A stretch of DNA of 64,000 nt. Source: Trypanosoma brucei. Taxonomy: Eukaryota. Positions 1 through 11,966 of the stretch are shown piece after piece (position 1 is the first letter of the stretch; every line of letters starts with the position of its first letter). The notes below the pieces were generated by a model. That model searched no databases, was not told the DNA's origin, and saw only the letters and a program-made list of their open reading frames with translations. A program made the position numbers and the translations under genes. The stretch covers positions 448,001 through 512,000 of the forward strand of contig AE017150.2 in the NCBI GenBank assembly GCA_000002445.1. The letters run 5' to 3'.

Positions 1-13
1 AGAAAAAGCACAA

Positions 14-32
14 ACACACACACACACACACA
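14..32. repeat. (CA)n dinucleotide microsatellite
   Basis: The run 'cacacacacacacacacaca' is directly visible at the window start. Confidence 0.9.
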
Positions 33-64
33 ATAATAATAGTAATAATAGTAATAATAATAAT
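33..64. repeat. (AAT/AGT)n trinucleotide microsatellite
   Basis: The repeat 'aataataatagtaataatagtaataataataat' is directly visible. Confidence 0.85.
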
Positions 65-97
65 TCGGAGGCTAATGAATGATGATTACTATTATTG

Positions 98-121
98 ATA
101 TATATATATATATATATATAT
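98..121. repeat. (TA)n microsatellite
   Basis: A 'tatatatatata...' run of about 12 units is directly visible. Confidence 0.9.
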
Positions 122-3100
122 CCTGTTCCTCGCCTTCTTATTCTTGTGTCTGTTTTAATCCTCACGTCACCTCAACTTTTTAATTTAACTTAATTTAATT
201 TCCCCCCCTGCCCCACAACAGCGGAAGCAGTGAGACCTGTCTCTAAAAAAAAAAAAGTAAGTTGTAGTTGTTGTTATTTGTTGTGGAAGATCGAATGAAG
301 AGAAAAAGAAGAAGAGAGAAAAAAAAAGGAAAATAAATAAATAAATAAATACATACATACATTTGTGAAAGTGAGAATGTGTGTTAAGATTTCAAAAATG
401 AAAATAACAACAACAGCAACAACAGAGGAATAAACGTTGACATATATGTATATATATATATTGTTTGAAAGAATAAACATGAGATCCAGAGTGGCAATTG
501 CTGTTGACTGGGATTTCATAATGATGAATTGCAGGGAATTTGATGATGGTACACAAAAACTCGAATTCACTGCGAAAAGTAAAGGAGGAGGAGGGGGGTG
601 CGGAAACACGCACACACAAAAAAAAAGAAAAAAAGGAAAAAAAAAAACGGTAGAAGCCGTTGCATAATTTGACAATGGAGAGTCACTAAATGTATCTTTT
701 TCTTTTTTTTGCTTCCGCTTTTGTCATTTTCTTCTGAAAAGCAGATGGTGAATATTAAAAATTAAAAAAAAAACAAAAACAGAAATAAAAATAAAAATAA
801 AAGAGACAAATTAACAATAATAAACAGCCAATAAAAAAGAAAAAAAAGGAACACAAAATAACACTGGAGAAATAAAAATTAAGAAGACACCCACCCAAAC
901 AGGCATTTTAGGGGAAATTGAAGGTAAAATAAAAAAGTAATAAAACGCAAAAAAAAAAAAAGCAAATCAAAACAAACAAAACAACATCAAATCAACAACA
1001 ACAACAACAGGAGGAAAAGAGAACCCAAAATCCGTTTCAAACATAAAAGAGGGTAATTTGTTAAAGCATAACAACCATTAAAAACAAAAAAACAAAAACA
1101 AAAACAAAACAAAAACAACAAAAACGAAAAAAAAAAATGTGCGATGCAACAAATTTTATAAGAGAGTTATAAAATGATCATTAATCCTTCACTGTCATCG
1201 CAATATTTGCTTCTCTGTTTCCTCCCTTTTTCTTTTCTTTTATTTGTTAACCCTAACGGATACATGACATCATATTTTACATTTTGTTGTTTTATTTCCA
1301 TCTCACACGTGTCACTGCCACTCTTTCTTTTTTTTTTTTGAAAAATCACACACACACACACACGAAAAAAAAAGGAAAAAAAAAAAGGAAAACACAACAA
1401 AACATAAAATATATGCAAATGCATATATGCGTAAAGTATATACGACGGAGTTTATACATGATGGATTAAGCAATGACGAAAATAAATAAATATAAATATA
1501 TATTAAAAAAGATAAGAAATGAAAAAGAAAAAAAAATGCTTTTTTTACAACAGAAGGAGAAAGAGGAAGAGGATTAAAACAAAAAACAAAAACAAAAAAC
1601 TTTTATTGCCCACCTTTATTTATTTATTTATCTATTTACTTGTTTATTGTTTTATATTTTTTTTTCTATCGCCTATTCCTCCCCTTCTCAAAAATATTTT
1701 TCCGTGTTGTTTCGTGCTGCTGCTTCATTTTTTTTTCCCCTCTTCTTTTCTCTTTATAATCCTAATCCTAATCTTAATCTTAATCTTTTAAAAAAAACTT
1801 TTCCACAGATTTGATATAACTCTTCATTTCCACTCCATTTATTTCCACCTCATATAAACTTACATTTTGTGTTTCTGTACGAAACAACACCGAATAAAAA
1901 TAAGACAAGAAAAAAAAAAGACAAAAAAAAAGAAAAAAAAAAGAAACAACAACAACAAAAGAGAGCACAGAATACAAAAACAAAGCAGTTAGAAATAAAC
2001 ATACAAATATAAATATCTAAATTAAAATATAAATACAAACACATGAATCCGTAAACAGGGTAAACATATATTTGCAGATGCATTTGTAAATGTAATTAAC
2101 CGCAAATAAGTGAATGAACCACCAAATGGAAAGAGGAATCCCGCATGTCCACTCGTATAATAATAGTGAAAATAATAATAATAATAATAATTATTATTAT
2201 TAAAATTATTAAACTTAAAAATTATTAATATTACCCATCGCACAAATCGGATGAAACACACACTTGCACGATCAGACACACGCCGTGTTTCATAATTGCA
2301 TGAAAACAACAAAATTTTTTTTTTCTAATTTTTATTTTAAATCCCTGCACACACCTGCTTCCCTTTTCCCCCTCCCTTGAGTGCGTTCGTATGCAAATTT
2401 CCTCAAAAATAACAAATTTTGAAGTTATGCACACCCACACCCACACGCACTCGATTCTTTTTCTTTTTTTTTTTTAAAAAAAAAACTTGACTATTCATTT
2501 CGTATCAAAACAACAGCAACAACAACAAAACCCATTTTGAAACGTGTTATGGCATCCGCCTGTTATACATATAAATATAAATAAATATAAATAAATATAT
2601 AAATATATATATAATGGTATATGTTCACACATTCACTTACTCGCAATCTTCCCTCCCCCCCATTTCCATATGAAATCATTTTCTTTCCCACCTCCTTTCT
2701 TTTATGTATTTATATTTATTTATTTATATTTACTACAAATATATATATTTTTAAAAATATACACATAAACACAAATATAAACACACATGTGCTCTTTTGT
2801 TTGTTTGTTTGTTTGTCTTTTTTTTTCTTTTTTATTTTTATTGAAAGCCTCACTAATGCAGAGGCCACCGTATGAAATAAAAACTTTTCATGAACGTAAA
2901 GCAATTAAAAAAAAAAAAGCGCTTGTCATTTGTCACTTCTCTTTTCTTTTCTTTTCTTTTCTTCCTTTTCCTTTTCCCTCTTTTTGCGAAGAGAAAATAC
3001 CTCGCCATTTCTCTTAACATTTATAAAAAAAATGATAATAATTTCCAGTCCACATAATAATGCAAAGAGGAGATATGAGAGGTGAGAGATGAGGGAATAC

Positions 3101-4559
3101 AAGAAAAAGAAAAAAAAACAGAAAAAAAAACAAAAAAAAAACAAAAAAAAACAACAAGAAGACAATATAAGATATAAAATATGGAAAAAATGAATTGTGG
3201 AGAAAAAAGAAAAGAAGAGGAGGAATTCAAGTAATTTCGAGGAATGTTGGTAAAAATCGTGTGGTGAACACAACTGCAAAACATAAACCAAAAAAAAAAG
3301 AAAAAAAACATGTTAATAATATACCCGTCACCACCATAAAATAAGAGAACATCGTCATCAACATCAACATCAACAACAACAAAAAAAGAAAAGAGGTTGA
3401 GGCCAATACAATGTAATGGATGGCGATAATTGGATGAATAAAGGGAGAAGGAGGAAAACACACGACACCCACCCACACATACAAACATATAAATAAATAT
3501 AAATATAAATATAACCACAGATAATCGGCGACAAAAAACAAACACACAAACAAACAAAGAAGGTGCGGAAGACAACCACTCTCCGCATCACATCTTAATA
3601 ATATTAATATTATTAATAATATATTATTGTTGTGATATTTTTTTTCAGAGGGTAAATTGAAACAATAACAAACAACAGACAACCACCACAATAACAAAAA
3701 AAAAAAAGGAAAGAACCAGTGGGTTCGTTTCCCTTCCCGTGTTTAATACCCTTTAGAAATATACCAACATCTCCCACATTATTAATTTATAATGCCCTCA
3801 AACAAACACGATGATCGATGCGAGTTGGAGGGCTTGAAAATATTTCTGTTATTTTTCTTAATTATTAAATTTTGAAGAAGAAGAAGGAGGAACAACATAT
3901 GAAAAACATTTAAGAAAGAGAAAGAAAAGAGCCTCCTCCCCCAAATAAAAAAACAAGAGGAAAAAAAAAACAACAACAAAGCAGAGTGGTAAAATTGTCA
4001 CATCGTTAGTTCCTATTCTTTGACATCTTATTCCCTCTTTTTTTCTTTTTCTTTTGTTTTTTTTCCTTTTTAAATACTTTTCTCCGCGTCTATTCATGCT
4101 GTTAAACTTCCTCTGACTTACGGCCACCACAACAACTTCACGCAACTTTCATATGCACACATTTCTATGAACTCAAATAAGTGTAACATTCAACTATTGG
4201 ATGAATATAACCCATCATTTATGTATACGCATGCATATATTTGTGCAGTGAATATGTGGTTAATGCTGCGACGTGGATGTGGACATGAAACGAAATATTG
4301 CCCAAATAATTGCCAAGGTTACGACATGAAGGTATCTCCCATCCACCCCTCCTCTATTTACATTCACACGCACCTAAACAAAAAAAAAAAAAAAGGACAA
4401 ATAAGAAAGAAACAACAACCTTCTCTTCCTCTCCCTATCCTTCTCTTTTTCCTTTTTTTTTCTCTCCATAAAAACAACAATAACGACAAGAAAAATTTCC
4501 TTGTTAATTTGGTTATTAACATGAGATGCCCTCTGATAATTTAATGTTCTCTAAGATTT

Positions 4560-7500
4560 TTATGTTGACACCGTCATTCCCCCATGTGCCGCTCCATCAG
4601 TGGCCCACTTGGGTACGGTATCTGTAATGATGGCGTCAACTTTCATTCCTTTTGACTGCGCTGCACGAAACCGTTCGCACATGTTCATTTCCCCCCACGT
4701 CCACACCTGCTGTCCCTTTCCATGGGCATAATTCACAATTGTCCTTCCACGAGAACAGTCAAAGTTGGACCAAAATTCATCCATTTTCCTCCCTGAGATC
4801 CCTACGTGGGCTCCATTATCATCATTATCATTATCATTATCTTCACCATCATGTGTGGTGTTCTCGCCTTTACCGTTCGGGTAACTAAAAGTACCTCCGC
4901 GTTCCCTTTCCGCCATGCCTTGGATTTCCTTTAGTTCACCCAACTGCTTGTCTGTGCACAGTGAGGGAGCATGAATAGAGATACCCGAGAGATTCATCAG
5001 TATAGAAAATTGCAATGCGCCTTCCACTCTGCCAAATGAGCGGTAATCCTTAAAGTCATCGCCCAGTTCCGTGTCACACAAATAAACGACATGGTAACGG
5101 CTTTGCTTTAACCTCAGCGCCAGACACACATCAGGTTCGAAGCTGCTGAATATTACATCCCTGAAGCGTTGCGTTTTCCCCCCTAGTCCGTCATCCACCG
5201 AATGTTGCTGATCGGCGAAAGCGAAAACGACCTGTAGAATATCATCCACGAATGCATTTACCTCAAAGGAGTCCGTTTGCAAAAAGAGATTAGCATCTGC
5301 TATTGGTTGGAAAGGAAATTTAACCTCCAGGTCAAAACGCAGGGAGGGCGCGGTGCCTTCGAAGAGGTCCTGCAGCGTGCAGATGCGATTCGTCACATTC
5401 TCCTCTTGGGATATGATACGTTTGTGCTTATTATACGCGCTGATGTAATCATCCACGCTGGGACAGTGATTATGGCACTTTTCGGTCGAGGAGTTGGATT
5501 TATCATCGCCACCGCTTTCTGAGTTGATGTCGGCACATCCCCTAATGGCATGATTACCACCAACGCTGCCGTGTTTTTCTGTGCATTCCTTTGTGCATGG
5601 GACGCAGGTTCCGAATCCTGCCGCTACTTCCACTACTTGATTCGCATGTTTGCACGCCAACTCCTCACGTACCCTATTTCGATAAACACGGAGAATTTGA
5701 TGCCAGTGCTGCAGAATCAAGTTACGCAGCCTGTTCCCTGCTTTAATATGTGTAAATGTTTCAGTGATTACAACATCCAGTTGGTTCTTAGTGAGTTGAT
5801 GCAGCGCGATTGGGACTGAGGAAAACTGTGGCGGATCGCGCATGAACATTTGATACTCTTTAAGTCTTAGCGATTTCCCCGAAGTACTGGCGCCTGCACA
5901 TATGGCGGATTCGAAGCCAGGAGGGGGTTGTAACATTGGGGAATCAGCGATAAAAGATGGGCTGACGCCAAAACCTACGGACTTCTCATCGGGTGGAGAG
6001 CCAAACGAGTTTACACGGCCATTGCGTGTGCCGGCTCCTCGCTTCCCCCGTGCCTGCAGTTGAATGAGCGGATCATGATAAACGATAGGAACGCGATCGC
6101 GGGTGAGCATCACATCGAATTCCACCATGTCACATCCACGACGGTGAGCTGCATTGAGTGACTCCAAACTGTTCTCCGCTAATTTAACCATTAGTTTTGG
6201 GACCTTTGCTCGCTGTCCTGCGCCGCGCTTCGTTGGGCTAGCTCCGTCGGCAACCACAGATTCTGCGTTGGAGGCGAAGGAGAAGTTTTCAACGGGCTCG
6301 ACCGGCCCTCGTGTGTATGTTTTTCCGAGACCGCGATGACCCACGAGTTTTTTTGTCGATAGTCGGCCGCGTGAAGCAACGGATCGGACAATCTCCAGCG
6401 TGTTACGTTCAGGGTTTGCAAAGGGATAGACGAGAAGGTACTGTAAGTAAAGAGTGTGCCAGTGCGCAGTGACGGTGGGTTGACCACTTACGCTATCCAC
6501 AGTAATTTCTGGAAAGCACACAGGCATAACAAGTGTGCCATTTGTACGTTGTTCGAATAGAGGGGGCTGCAGCATTACAAACCCCCTCAACCAACGAATA
6601 CCGGTAACCCCGGTGCTGCTTCCGCATTCAGTGACTTCTGATGCTGCAGGCGGTGTTTCCGTTGACGTTTCCGGTGTGTCGCCTGTTGCGGCGGCGCCTC
6701 TAGATTCAGTGTTCTCTCCTTTAGACTGCGCGTCATTTTTTTTTGACGCCGACTCGGATGGCTTCCTCACCGAAGTGCCACCGTTGCGTTCTTTTTCACC
6801 ATATATGGGTGTGGGCAACATTACTTCCACCTGCAACCCACAACCAGCGAGCAACGCAAGGTTTACAGTTGTGTGCCACATTCGCATTGTGTGTTGTGGA
6901 GCGCCACGAGTCATCGGAGCAACAGGGTCAGCAAGGCGAAGAGGTTCGACACACCAGCCACGCTGAGTGAAGGCGGTAACAGCAGTAACAACATCCTCCG
7001 TCAAACCTTCATCGCATGCAGAAGCACAAGATACAGAGGGTAGACTTGGATATTTTCGTAACGCTGCAACTGGTGTGTTCTGTGACGGTATAGATGGCGT
7101 GTTTCCCACAGTGGTTGACGTTGGTGCTGAAGCGTTTCCCCTCTCCGAGGCCCTCTGTAGGGATAATTGCTTCTTCACCATACGTATCTGCTGTTCCATT
7201 GGTGGCAATGAGGAGACATGGCCTTCACACCAACAGCAACCCTCAGATGGGACGGGATATACGTCACACACCTCAATAATAGTTGAGGGATTAACCACAT
7301 CCCCATTTTCTTGGTCTTCAGGGGAGTTGGAGCGACTTGTGTCCTTCCAACCATTTTCCTCCATGAAGAGTACCGCGTCTCGACTTTTTTTTGGTAAACT
7401 TTCCAGCCACCTTTTCCGATCATACCGCACTCGAGGATCGTTTCCATACATTGACAGTGAGAGATAAGGGGCCCCCCGTGGGTTTCCGTCAGTCGAATTC

Positions 7501-8183
7501 GGCCTGCGAAGCTGTGAAAGAAACGGGAATTGCCCCGATGCCCTCGCAAAGTGGAGGTTAAGTGACCTCAGGTCAATACGGGCCATGAACATGGGCACCT
7601 CCGAACCATCCTCTTCATAGTAGCCGGAATCACACCTGTTAACGCGGTTTACACGCCGGAGATCAGTCTTTGAAGGTTGCGTACGGGAATTCTCCACCGC
7701 CACAATCGCCGCACCGGGACATAACGAACTAATGGCAGCTGCTTGCAGAAGCAGTTCGTCAACAATAACAAGCCGGTAGCGCAATTGTGTGTTTTCCACA
7801 CATGAGGCTGGAACTTGAGCCGTTGCGGTTAGGAGAAGTGGCGTGTTATCATAATCTGCGTTGGAGCCTCCGCTAGTACTGTAAGTGCTTTCCTCACTGC
7901 TAAGATAAAAGGACGATACGGTTTCTTCAAGTACAAGTGGCGCTGAAAAGCCCCATGCGCCCATTTCTTCTGCATCACTCACAATTCCCAGCCTCAATTC
8001 ACTAATGGCGGGTGGGACGTAACGATGTTTTTGATGCTCGTGTGTGTGTAGTCCATATTCGGGAGACGTGAAACATTGGTGAAGTGCTGGCGTGGAAAAT
8101 CTTGACAGTTCCGTATTTAATGCACCTGCATTCAGCCCTGTAACTTCAAAAGTAACAGACACACGCTGCACTACGGCGGCCAT
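4560..8183 (-). CDS. Glycerophosphodiester phosphodiesterase (GDPD) domain protein, large, with low-complexity insertions
   Basis: 1207-aa ORF with ATG confirmed at 8181-8183 (plus 'cat'). The GDPD signature is split into an N-terminal part ('GHRGLGKT...VENFSFASNAE' followed by '...ENSLESLNAAHRRGCDMVEFDVMLTRDRVPIVYHD') and C-terminal motifs ('RFDLEVKFP', 'GMKVDAIITD'). A (DN)n run is encoded by an ATCATT hexamer repeat at 4805-4850. Confidence 0.7.
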   Translation of the reverse strand: MAAVVQRVSVTFEVTGLNAGALNTELSRFSTPALHQCFTSPEYGLHTHEHQKHRYVPPAISELRLGIVSDAEEMGAWGFSAPLVLEETVSSFYLSSEESTYSTSGGSNADYDNTPLLLTATAQVPASCVENTQLRYRLVIVDELLLQAAAISSLCPGAAIVAVENSRTQPSKTDLRRVNRVNRCDSGYYEEDGSEVPMFMARIDLRSLNLHFARASGQFPFLSQLRRPNSTDGNPRGAPYLSLSMYGNDPRVRYDRKRWLESLPKKSRDAVLFMEENGWKDTSRSNSPEDQENGDVVNPSTIIEVCDVYPVPSEGCCWCEGHVSSLPPMEQQIRMVKKQLSLQRASERGNASAPTSTTVGNTPSIPSQNTPVAALRKYPSLPSVSCASACDEGLTEDVVTAVTAFTQRGWCVEPLRLADPVAPMTRGAPQHTMRMWHTTVNLALLAGCGLQVEVMLPTPIYGEKERNGGTSVRKPSESASKKNDAQSKGENTESRGAAATGDTPETSTETPPAASEVTECGSSTGVTGIRWLRGFVMLQPPLFEQRTNGTLVMPVCFPEITVDSVSGQPTVTAHWHTLYLQYLLVYPFANPERNTLEIVRSVASRGRLSTKKLVGHRGLGKTYTRGPVEPVENFSFASNAESVVADGASPTKRGAGQRAKVPKLMVKLAENSLESLNAAHRRGCDMVEFDVMLTRDRVPIVYHDPLIQLQARGKRGAGTRNGRVNSFGSPPDEKSVGFGVSPSFIADSPMLQPPPGFESAICAGASTSGKSLRLKEYQMFMRDPPQFSSVPIALHQLTKNQLDVVITETFTHIKAGNRLRNLILQHWHQILRVYRNRVREELACKHANQVVEVAAGFGTCVPCTKECTEKHGSVGGNHAIRGCADINSESGGDDKSNSSTEKCHNHCPSVDDYISAYNKHKRIISQEENVTNRICTLQDLFEGTAPSLRFDLEVKFPFQPIADANLFLQTDSFEVNAFVDDILQVVFAFADQQHSVDDGLGGKTQRFRDVIFSSFEPDVCLALRLKQSRYHVVYLCDTELGDDFKDYRSFGRVEGALQFSILMNLSGISIHAPSLCTDKQLGELKEIQGMAERERGGTFSYPNGKGENTTHDGEDNDNDNDDNGAHVGISGRKMDEFWSNFDCSRGRTIVNYAHGKGQQVWTWGEMNMCERFRAAQSKGMKVDAIITDTVPKWATDGAAHGGMTVST

Positions 8184-8335
8184 GGATATGTGTTAAAGTG
8201 ATTGTAAAATAATGTCTGTTTCCCCCCCTCCAGCTGGCTTACTTGCTTTTTTTGTTGTTTCTGATACGTAATGAGTCTTAATCGCACAAGCAAGCAAGAT
8301 GTAATGTTTTTGGCGAGGTTATGTAAGTCGAATGA

Positions 8336-8349
8336 AAAAAAAAAGAAAC
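8336..8349 (-). promoter_or_regulatory. Polypyrimidine tract (on the minus strand) with the first downstream AG at about 8277; candidate spliced-leader acceptor region for the GDPD gene
   Basis: Plus-strand 'aaaaaaaaaagaaa' is 'tttctttttttttt' on the transcribed strand. The next AG on the minus strand lies about 60 nt downstream. Trypanosomatid trans-splicing uses a polyY tract followed by an AG. Confidence 0.35.
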
Positions 8350-9923
8350 TGATGCGACCAGTCCTTTCTTTTTTTTTTTTTGATTTTTGTCCGGTCCAGC
8401 TTCCTGACTTCACCCAATCTTGCCAGTTTTTGTTGGATGTTAGTTTTTCTCCCGCCTTTCTTTCCTTCTTTCCTTCTTTTTTTTTGTGTGCGGCAGATTA
8501 TTCCTATTAATACACTTTGGTGAAGTGAATGTGACTTACCGCCTGCTTCCCGCTTCCTTCCTTCTTTCCTTCCCACCTGGTGTATATCTGTGTATGTATT
8601 TGTAAAAATATTAAAGAACGGTTTCCTTCGCTACCCTAACAATGTGTACGCCCTGTGTTTTAATAATAAAAAACGGAAATTTGAGCGAGATGTCGAATAA
8701 TATACAAGTACAAATATACATATATACAAAAAGAATATTTGAGGTCAAATCATACGTTTCAGTCAACTTCGGCCTTCAACGCATTAAAAACTCCCGCTAT
8801 CGTTGCTTTGTTCATCATCGGCAACGCTGTTGTTGTTACCGACTGTCGTACACGCAACCTTGTAACAGTTTGAGTTAATTCAATCCAAAGTTAATTCCCT
8901 CCTTTCCCCTCCACTACATCATCACATTTTCCTGTTCAGCAATCAAACCGTAAAAAATAATAATAACAATAACAATAATAATAAGAAACTGAAAGACACT
9001 CGCGCTATTGACAGTCAGCAAAGGGATGCTGGAAGAAAGAATCAGAACCGAACTAAGAGCAAAAAAAAAAAAAAACGGGCACAAACACAAACACACACGA
9101 AAATAATACACGCACAAAAAACTTTTATTGCCTATATATTTATTTTTTTTTATTGTTTTGTTTCTTTTCCTCCTCTTCTCCTCTATTTTCTTTGTTTTTT
9201 CTTCCCCTACGTGGAACCATGCATGAGAGTAACATCCCCAGGGGGTTAGCACGATGTAGTAAAGACAAAAATGAAATTAACGGCAGAGAAAAAGAGGAGG
9301 AGACAAAAAAAAAAAACGAAATGAAAAAGAAAAATAAAGAAAAACAGGAACTACAGCAATAAGAAGGTGCAGCAACAAGAACAACAACAATAACAAAAAA
9401 AAAGAAAAGAGACGAAAAGAAATCATCCTTAGCAATACCCCCGAAAACAGGGTGAATTGGGAGATCACAAAAAAAAAAAACGGAGGGGCGTGGGGGTAAA
9501 AATCGCGACTGGAAGGCGAGGCCAAAATACACCGCAGGTGGAGAGCTGCGGTGCGGCATGTAAAACACCACAAAGCGGGAAAACTCTGCCCCCTTCCAAA
9601 CACCAACACCAACACTAGCAATGACAAAAATGATAATGCAGGAGGAAAGTAATGTTAATGCGAAACAGGCATTTCCTTAGTTTAATTTTCCGTCCCCTTT
9701 CTTTTTCTTTTTTTTTTTTTGCGCCCCCCCCCCCCATAAACCACAAACGCAGACGCCGCCGTGCGTGGTTGAAGCACGCGTCCCAATGCAACAACAACAA
9801 AGAAGGTGGGAGCGAAATCAGAAGGAAACAGCATTACGCTTCAAAAATACGTCACTGCGCACTTATGTTCACACGAATAAATATGCACACGATCCACTAA
9901 ATTCACAAACTCCACACGTTTCC

Positions 9924-11966
9924 TTACGTGTATATTTGCATCGCTTGCTCAACCACCACACGGCATATTGGACACAACATACCATCCATCTGCCTTTCAA
10001 TGTACGTCACGCTGCATGTACTGCACAGTGCCAAATGCCTGCAAGGAAGCAACAACACATCTTTTTCGGCATCTAAACACGTCACACACTTTGTGGATAA
10101 CTCTCGCTCCTTTACGTGCGTCTCTGCCGTAGAATGACCATGTGCTCGAACGTGCTGTGATGAACCACTTCCAGCGGCTATTGGCGAGAGAGCAGGAGTA
10201 ACAGCGCTATTCTCAGAAGGTTCAAAGGACCCGCCCGAACCACTTGCACTGTGAGCTGGTCCCGGGTTCTCTTTGCAGTACTTTACTATCAAATCCGTTG
10301 CCTTCTCCTGTACTTCCTTCAGCACCGCTTGCAGCGAGCCATGCGTTGACCAGTCCTGTATGGAAGTAAAGTTGCGCAAATCCAACTTCCCGCTAGTGCT
10401 GTCTTCAATGATGGGCTGAAGAGCCCGCCGCTCCGGTGAAGAGTCCAGCGCAGTGGGAAAGTACAACCGTGGGGCGTCGGTAAAATCCCCATTTGGGTCG
10501 AATTTTATGCGAAGGGGAAGTTTCATGACAACATCGCCTTCCAGCAGGTCCAACGGCGCTGCTTTGCTGATGCCACCAGAAGTGACGGTTGGCTCATGCA
10601 AATCCACTGAGGCAGACGAAAATGGAGAGACTTTGGTGATTGGAAGGTGTCCCTCCGCGGTACAAGTCACGGCATCATACGTAAAAGCATTATCGCAGAA
10701 CTGCGACAGGGCGCGAAGGACGCGAGTGGTGATCTCTCGCCTGTGAGAGAACGGATAAAACAGTGGTCCACTATTGTTCACCACCTTAGTGGACTCGTTT
10801 GAACGAGTGAGGGGCGCAATCAGAGAAAAGTTCGCCAAAATGACATCCGACACGTATTGTACCAACGACCGCACCTTAGCGTCCGCACTACTTGGGATGA
10901 TTGCTCCGCTTCTGGGATCGATATATGTGGCGCGGCGGTTAATGGACAGACCGGCGAGCGCCTTGATGTCAATTAACGCACGATACGGTGAACTGCGGAC
11001 ACCGCTGCTGTTATCCAAAACACAACTGCTGGTGAGCGCAGTGCGGTCCTTATCGGAAGTAGATGGATTAACACCAGACTCGCTACCAGATTTGTATCGA
11101 TCACCTGCGTGCGTCTTTGTCACAACCAATATGACCGGCGTATAGTACATCTCGCCATTATACTTGTAGGGTAACATCCCTTGAGCACGATAGTTTTGAC
11201 AGGTTTCGTAGAACTTAAACACCCCTTTGTATGCGCGGCGGAGTTCCTGCAAATCGTATGGCAGAGGTTTACTGCGATCAAGATGTCGCGTGTCTCGTGG
11301 CATTCCCTCGTACCATTTCTTAACGCGTTGTGCGCTCGGAAGTCCCCCAGGAGATGAAGCCGCTACCGAGTCCACAGCCAACCACTGCTTTTCTCGCTCC
11401 AAGAGATCAGAGTAATTAAACTCACCACCGCTCATTGGCGATTGATAAGCGGATGGCCTCAGCTGATCTGCACTTGACACCGGCTGAGTGATGCTCATGA
11501 ACGGATTGAATGTCTCGGTTGCGGAAGTTAACCCTTGCTTGTCAGGTTGTTCTTCAACCATCTGCAGCATAACTATGCAATTCTGTGCGCTAGGATGTCG
11601 CCCCAACTGCTGCCTGGCCAAATCAAGAGGCAGTTGGTTCAACGCGTTGCGCTTAGGCGGAATCCCAAACGATAGCAGAAACGACAAAATATCTTCGTTG
11701 CAGTGTTCAGCAGCAACGTGCAGACATGTGTTATCGATGGCTCCACATGGAACACTAATGTCTGCGTTAAATTCAGTGACAAGCATAGCGACTACACTCC
11801 CGCGGTCAGCGCAGGTGGCTGTGTAAAGCAGCGTATGCCTAGTGTTTGGGTTTGGAAGGTTAACACGCTCCCGGTTCGATTGCAGCCACGTGCGGAGAGC
11901 AGCTACATTTCCTTCCGAGGCATAAATAAACTCCGCAGGGGTTATATATGGATTCCCACTAAACAT
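9924..11966 (-). CDS. Ankyrin-repeat protein with C-terminal C3HC4 RING finger (putative E3 ubiquitin ligase)
   Basis: 680-aa ORF with ATG confirmed at 11964-11966. The N-terminus has ankyrin-like repeats ('NTRHTLLYTATCADRGSVVAMLV...DNTCLHVAAEHCNEDILSFLLSFG'). The C-terminus is 'CVTCLDAEKDVLLLPCRHLALCSTCSV...LCPICR', a C-x2-C...C-x-H-x2-C-x2-C...C-x2-C RING. Confidence 0.7.
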   Translation of the reverse strand: MFSGNPYITPAEFIYASEGNVAALRTWLQSNRERVNLPNPNTRHTLLYTATCADRGSVVAMLVTEFNADISVPCGAIDNTCLHVAAEHCNEDILSFLLSFGIPPKRNALNQLPLDLARQQLGRHPSAQNCIVMLQMVEEQPDKQGLTSATETFNPFMSITQPVSSADQLRPSAYQSPMSGGEFNYSDLLEREKQWLAVDSVAASSPGGLPSAQRVKKWYEGMPRDTRHLDRSKPLPYDLQELRRAYKGVFKFYETCQNYRAQGMLPYKYNGEMYYTPVILVVTKTHAGDRYKSGSESGVNPSTSDKDRTALTSSCVLDNSSGVRSSPYRALIDIKALAGLSINRRATYIDPRSGAIIPSSADAKVRSLVQYVSDVILANFSLIAPLTRSNESTKVVNNSGPLFYPFSHRREITTRVLRALSQFCDNAFTYDAVTCTAEGHLPITKVSPFSSASVDLHEPTVTSGGISKAAPLDLLEGDVVMKLPLRIKFDPNGDFTDAPRLYFPTALDSSPERRALQPIIEDSTSGKLDLRNFTSIQDWSTHGSLQAVLKEVQEKATDLIVKYCKENPGPAHSASGSGGSFEPSENSAVTPALSPIAAGSGSSQHVRAHGHSTAETHVKERELSTKCVTCLDAEKDVLLLPCRHLALCSTCSVTYIERQMDGMLCPICRVVVEQAMQIYT

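Noticed and set aside
274-4544. Numerous 60-180-aa ORFs on both strands in the first 4.5 kb (for example 3021-3575, 3227-3697 and 4167-4544).
   Set aside because: These are translations of homopolymer, microsatellite or poly-purine sequence (FFFF, KKKK, LLLL, ILILIL runs). They have no protein-like composition and sit in a pyrimidine-rich non-coding stretch.
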